Source: Macrostomum lignano (Eukaryota). From it: a DNA stretch of 64,000 bases. Where the stretch lies: the NCBI GenBank assembly GCA_002269645.1, contig NIVC01000212.1, positions 62,001 through 126,000 of the forward strand. The letters run 5' to 3'. The position numbers and the translations under genes are program-made. The notes below the pieces were generated by a model, which made no database searches, was not told the DNA's origin, and saw nothing but the letters and a program-made list of their open reading frames with translations. Positions 59,801 through 64,000 of the stretch are shown piece after piece. Positions within the stretch are counted from its first letter, which is position 1. The number at the start of each line of letters is the position of its first letter.

Positions 59801-62633
59801 GAATCCGCAGCGCATCATCAGCGCCCGAGTTATCGATAATCCGTACCCGGATTTAGCGCCGCGCGAAGAGCAGCTGGAATTGCGCCGGCGTCGCCAACAC
59901 GAGCAGCAGCTCAAGCAGCAGGAGGAGTCCGAGGCCGCCAAGTCTGGCTTTGGTTATAAGCGTAAAAAGCTGCCGAAATCTGAGGCGAAAGCCACCAGAA
60001 ATTTGGCGCTGCTGTCATTTGGCGACGAAGCTGAAGAAATTGAAGAAGAACAAGAAGCCGATGGCGAAGCACAAGATGAAAAGAAGAAGAAACAGAAGAA
60101 AATAATGAGCTCGCATGATTTGTTGGACGATCCACGCCTGAGCTCGGAGACTGCTCCCATACTCCCTGTAGAGGTGAGCGAGAGAATGCTGGTGCTTTTT
60201 CCTGTCCCCCCTCTGTAGCTGGTGTGCCCTCTGTAGCTGGCGCCCCCTCTGTAGCTGGCGCCCCCTCTGTCGCTGGCGCCCCCTCTGTAGCTGGCACCCC
60301 CTCTGTAGCTGGCGCCTCCTCTGTAGCTGGCGCCCTCTCTGTAGCTGGTGTGCCCTCTGTAGCTGGTGTGCCCTCTGTAGCTGGCGCCTCCTCTGTAGCT
60401 GGCGCCCCCTCTGTAGCTGGTGTGCCCTCTGTAGCTGGCGCCCCCTCTGTAGCTGGTGTGCCCTCTGTAGCTGGCGCCCCCTCTGTAGCTGGTGTGCCCT
60501 CTGTAGCTGGCGCCGCCTCTGTAGCTGGCGCTCCCTCTGTAGCTGGCGCCCCCTCTGTAGCTGGCGCCGCCTCTGTAGCTGGCGCTCCCTCTGTAGCTGG
60601 CGCCCCCTCTGAAGCTGGCGCCCCCTCTGTAGCTGACGCCCCCCTCTGTAGCTGGCGCCCCCTCTGTAGCTGATGTGCCCTCTGTAGCTGGCGCCCCCTC
60701 TGTAGCTGGTGTGCCCTCTGTAACTGGCGCCCCCTCTGTAGCTGGTGTGCCCTCTGTAGCTGGCGCCCCCTCTGTAGCTGGCGCCCCCTCTGTAGCTGGC
60801 ACCCTCTCTGTAGCTGGCGCCTCCTCTGTAGCTGGCGCCTCCTCTGTAGCTGGCGCCCCCTCTGTAGCTGGTGTGCCCTCTGTAGCTGGCGCCCCCTCTG
60901 TAGCTGGTGTGCCCTCTGTAGCTGGCACCCCTTCTGTAGCTGGCGCCTCCTCTGTAGCTGGCGCCCCCTCTGTAGCTGGTGTGCCCTCTGTAGCTGGCGC
61001 CCCCTCTGTAGCTGGTGTGCCCTCTGTAGCTGGTGTGCCCTCTGTAGCTGGCGTCCCCTCTGTAGCTGGCACCCCCTCTGTAGCTGGCGCCTCCTCTGTA
61101 GCTGGCGCCCCCTCTGTAGCTGGTGTGCCCTCTGTAGCTGGCACCCTCTCTGTAGCTGGCGCCTCCTCTGTAGCTGGCGCCCCCTCTGTAGCTGGTGTGC
61201 CCTCTGTAGCTGGCGCCCCCTCTGTAGCTGGCGCCTCCTCTGTAGCTGGCGCCCCCTCTGTAGCTGGTGTGCCCTCTGTAGCTGGCGCCCCCTCTGTAGC
61301 TGGTGTGCCCTCTGTAGCTGGCGCCGCCTCTGTAGCTGGCGCTCCCTCTGTAGCTGGCGCCCCCTCTGAAGCTGGCGCTTCCTTTGTAGCTGACGCCCCC
61401 TCTGTAGCTGGCGCCCCTCTGTAGCTGGTGTGCCCTCTGTAGCTGGGGCCCCCTCCGTAGCTGGCGCCCCCTCTGTAGCTGGCGCCCCCTCTGTAGCTGG
61501 CGCCCCCTCTGTAGCTGGCGCCCCCTCTGTAGCTGGCGCCCCCTCCTGGCTGAGATCGCCAGAGCCCGCAGCTACTTAAAACTTATCCGGTTTTGTGTCA
61601 AAACCCGGCGCAGACTCAGGCGACGGCCGACGCTGACTCCACTGCCGCTACCCCCGCTGCATCATCCGCTGGCGACGGCGCCGCGCCAGCAACAGCCAGT
61701 TCAGCCGCCGAGGACGAGACTCGGGACTCGCGGCTGGCCAAGCTGAAACTCGAGGTGGCCAAAATGCGCCGAGCTCTGCACAAAACCGCCGCCCCAACGT
61801 TCTCGCCCGAAGTCAATGCAGCCCCTGTCGCCGACAGAACCAGTTCAAACACCGCCGATGATGACGACAAGCCGTCATCGATGATTCGATTGAAGCGTCG
61901 GCGACATCCGGGCACCGAAGAGCTCGGCGTTGACAGAGCAGCGGCCGTCAGCAGGGAGGACGCCAAAGCGGCTAGGTGATGCAGTTTACATCTGCTGCTA
62001 GTGATTCTGCGAATGTACTTTACTACTTAGGTTAAAAGGCTTTACTTCAATTAGGCTGTATCACAAGTTCTTGAATCGGTGACAGCAGGACGCCAATACT
62101 GTACACAGGCACACACTACGCTCGTAATACACACGCTCACAGAGGGTACAGAGGAAACCCTTTGACTTTCTAATCGTTAGGCATGTACACTCACTGAGAT
62201 GCATTGTGCCTCATGAACAATATTGCCCCAAATGAATGTGAATTCGAAGCATGAAATGACTTATCCGTGAGGATAATTTCAAGCCCTGCCGATTTCAAAC
62301 AGGGAAGCGGCCACACTGAAAATGTTCGCCAAATTTGCTGCTCGACTGGCCAAGAATGATGGCGAGGAGGATGATGATGACAAAGGCAAAGACGATGATG
62401 TCAAGAAAGATGCCTCTTCGTCCCTGTTTAGTCACGTGTTCCAGCCGGAGTCGGGGCCGTCAGCTAGGCGCGTGCTGGACCCGGCCGACGCTGCCACGGC
62501 GTCAGCGCCGGATCGCTACGAGCTCGAAGATCCGCGCAATCCGATGAACAAGCGTCGACGAAAAGCGGCCGCTGAGAAACTCGCGGCTCGAATTGGTCGA
62601 GGCGGCAGCGGCGGAGGAGACGACCGATTGTGA
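56807..62633 (+). CDS. CWC27: Spliceosome-associated cyclophilin CWC27 (in-frame TAA at codon 42)
   Basis: Exons 56807-56998, 58348-58551, 59730-60173, 61614(or 61620)-61975 and 62303-62633. MSSIYVLEPPTNGRVLLQTTVGNIDIELWSKEAPKACRNFL*LCMEGYYDDTLFHRVVKDFIVQ|GGDPTGTG..HSRLRFNRRGLVGMA..NGSQFFFTL; RNLALLSFGDEAEE; SSHDLLDDPRL; EDPRNPMNKRRR. Confidence 0.93.
57165..58230. repeat. 42-bp (2x21) purine-rich minisatellite
   Basis: GATTCATGGAAAGAGGGATAAGATTCATGAGGAGAGAGATAG; CWC27 intron 1. Confidence 0.95.
58705..59648 (+). repeat. 24 x 39-bp tandem repeat GTGAGACTTAAGTAAAAGTGCCATATTTAAGCTCCGCAG
   Basis: First GT at 58705, last at 59641 (936 bp = 24 x 39); CWC27 intron 2. Confidence 0.97.
60212..61545. 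repeat. 18-bp minisatellite CTCTGTAGCTGGCGCCCC
   Basis: CWC27 intron 3; 6-aa periodicity in the ORF track. Confidence 0.96.
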
Positions 62634-62828
62634 ATAATAGCAGAATCGTCCTGCAAGCCATAAAAATGGCCCCTTGCATTAACATCGTTTGTTCTGCTTT
62701 CCCTATAATATTGTAAATTATAAAATACCAAAAAAGACAAGTAAATTAACTATTGCTACTCTTGCATTTATCATTGTGTTGATGAGATATGTACTTTTGT
62801 CTTGGTTGTGTACTTTTAATTTTTATTA

Positions 62829-63093
62829 GGTTGTAGGATAGTGGGTAGAGCGTCGGTGGTTCAATTCTCAACTGAACTCACTCGGAACAATTTGTGTCCT
62901 TCAGCAAGGCACTTAACTCTGCATTGCTTCAGTTCACCCAGCTGTAAAATGGGTGCCAGTATTAGCTGGGGTAATTGAGGGTGTGTGTGTGTGGCGACAC
63001 CTCAGTCCTTAGACTGAACAGCCGTACGCAGCCTTCAGAATTCAGATGCCATTTCTTTACTTATTAGGGCAGGTGTATTCAGTTATTATTATT
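62829..63093 (+). mobile_element. Second near-full copy of the tRNA/CORE-like SINE
   Basis: Shares GCATTGCTTCAGTTCACCCAGCTGTAAAATGGGTGCCAG..ACTGAACAGCCGTACGCAG with the 53534 copy; the head is more decayed. Confidence 0.8.
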
Positions 63094-63267
63094 AAAGCTA
63101 CAAATATCTATATCGAGGATATTTTGCTTGATTGCGGCAAATTTAAACAGCAACATTCTATTCAGACTCATACAAGTAGTGTCCTTAGCTATATAAAAAT
63201 CAAATAAATAAATCTCGCTAATATTTTAGCTTGTTCAAGCGTGACAAGCCGCCTAGAAAGTGCCGGC

Positions 63268-63592
63268 ATGACTTTAATGGAGTTTTTCGGCTGCTCTCTG
63301 GTGGCATTTTCTCCCGTATTGGTTATGTTCGCTTTTACTGTGGCCAGTAATCCATTGAAGATTATCATTTTAACTTGCAGGTTTGTTATTGTTAATATTT
63401 ATATAGAATTTACCGCATTTAATAATCGTCTTTTTAAAACAAATTTAGTTCGTTTTTCTGGTTGCTGTCATTGCTACTTTCGGCAGTAGTATGGTACGCA
63501 ATTGTGCCACTGCGCGGCTATCTGGCCTTCGGCATGGTTGTATCGGTGATTTTCCAGGAAATGATTCGTGTGGCCTTGTACTACTTGTTGAA
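63268..63592 (+). CDS. APH1: Gamma-secretase subunit APH-1, exons 1-2 (gene continues beyond the window)
   Basis: Exons 63268-63380 and 63449-63592: MTLMEFFGCSLVAFSP..VASNPLKIIIL..S|SFFWLLSLLLSAVVW..SVIFQEMIRVALYYLLK, followed by a GTGAGT donor. Confidence 0.92.
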
Positions 63593-63654
63593 GTGAGTAG
63601 CATTTGAATCTTTTAAAATATTTTAGTTTAGTAGAATACAGTATTTATTGGGTG

Positions 63655-64000
63655 GGTTATCGTGCGATTGGGGTGGGTTGTCGTGGGTTGTCATGCGATT
63701 GTCGTGGGTTGGGGTGGGTTGTCGTGCGGTTGGAGTGGGTTGTCGTGCGGTTGGGGTGGGTTGTCGTGCGGTTGGAGTGGGTTGTCGTGCGGTTGGGGTG
63801 GGTTGTCGTGCGGTTGGGGTGGGTTGTCGTGCGGTTGGGGTGGGTTGTCGTGCGGTTGGGGTGGGTTGTCGTGCGATTGGGGTGGGTTGTCGTGCGGTTG
63901 GGGTGGGTTGTCGTGCGATTGTCGTGCGGTTGGAGTGGGTTGTCGTGCGATTGTCGTGGGTTGTCGTGCGATTGTCGTGCGGTTGGAGTGGGTTGTCGTG
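63655..64000. repeat. ~21-bp G/T-rich minisatellite GGGTTGTCGTGCGGTTGGGGT
   Basis: APH1 intron 2; runs off the end of the window. Confidence 0.93.

Noticed and set aside
59954-61424. PATEGA / PSVAGA repeat proteins
   Set aside because: Translation of the 18-bp intronic repeat, with frame-shifting units.

Overview
Eukaryotic (metazoan) genomic DNA with GT-AG introns and many repeats. The style (GC-rich exons, introns filled with minisatellites) suggests an invertebrate such as a Macrostomum-like flatworm, but that is inference only. 231-11085 is a satellite array with higher-order structure. A 12-exon minus-strand gene at 33850-13331 can be spliced by hand into a PH domain, an acidic-Tyr/Pro-rich linker and three tandem SH2-like domains. 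Its first visible exon is phase-compatible with the upstream EEIG1/FAM102 NT-C2 exons (43247-41870), so the two may be one gene. Plus-strand genes: CCDC6, CWC27 (in-frame TAA in exon 1) and the first two exons of APH1. Mobile DNA: a decayed Penelope-like element (RT + GIY-YIG, decayed hammerhead-like motif) inside a hAT-type MITE with an 8-bp TSD, three CORE-like tRNA-SINE copies, LINE remnants and Helentron-like (HINE) pieces. Most introns carry their own tandem repeat. In CWC27 intron 2 this repeat is a ladder of 24 units of 39 nt, each reading GT...AG. Most long ORFs in the supplied track are artefacts of repeats. Exon structures were derived by eye and domain calls come from remembered motifs; no searches were run.
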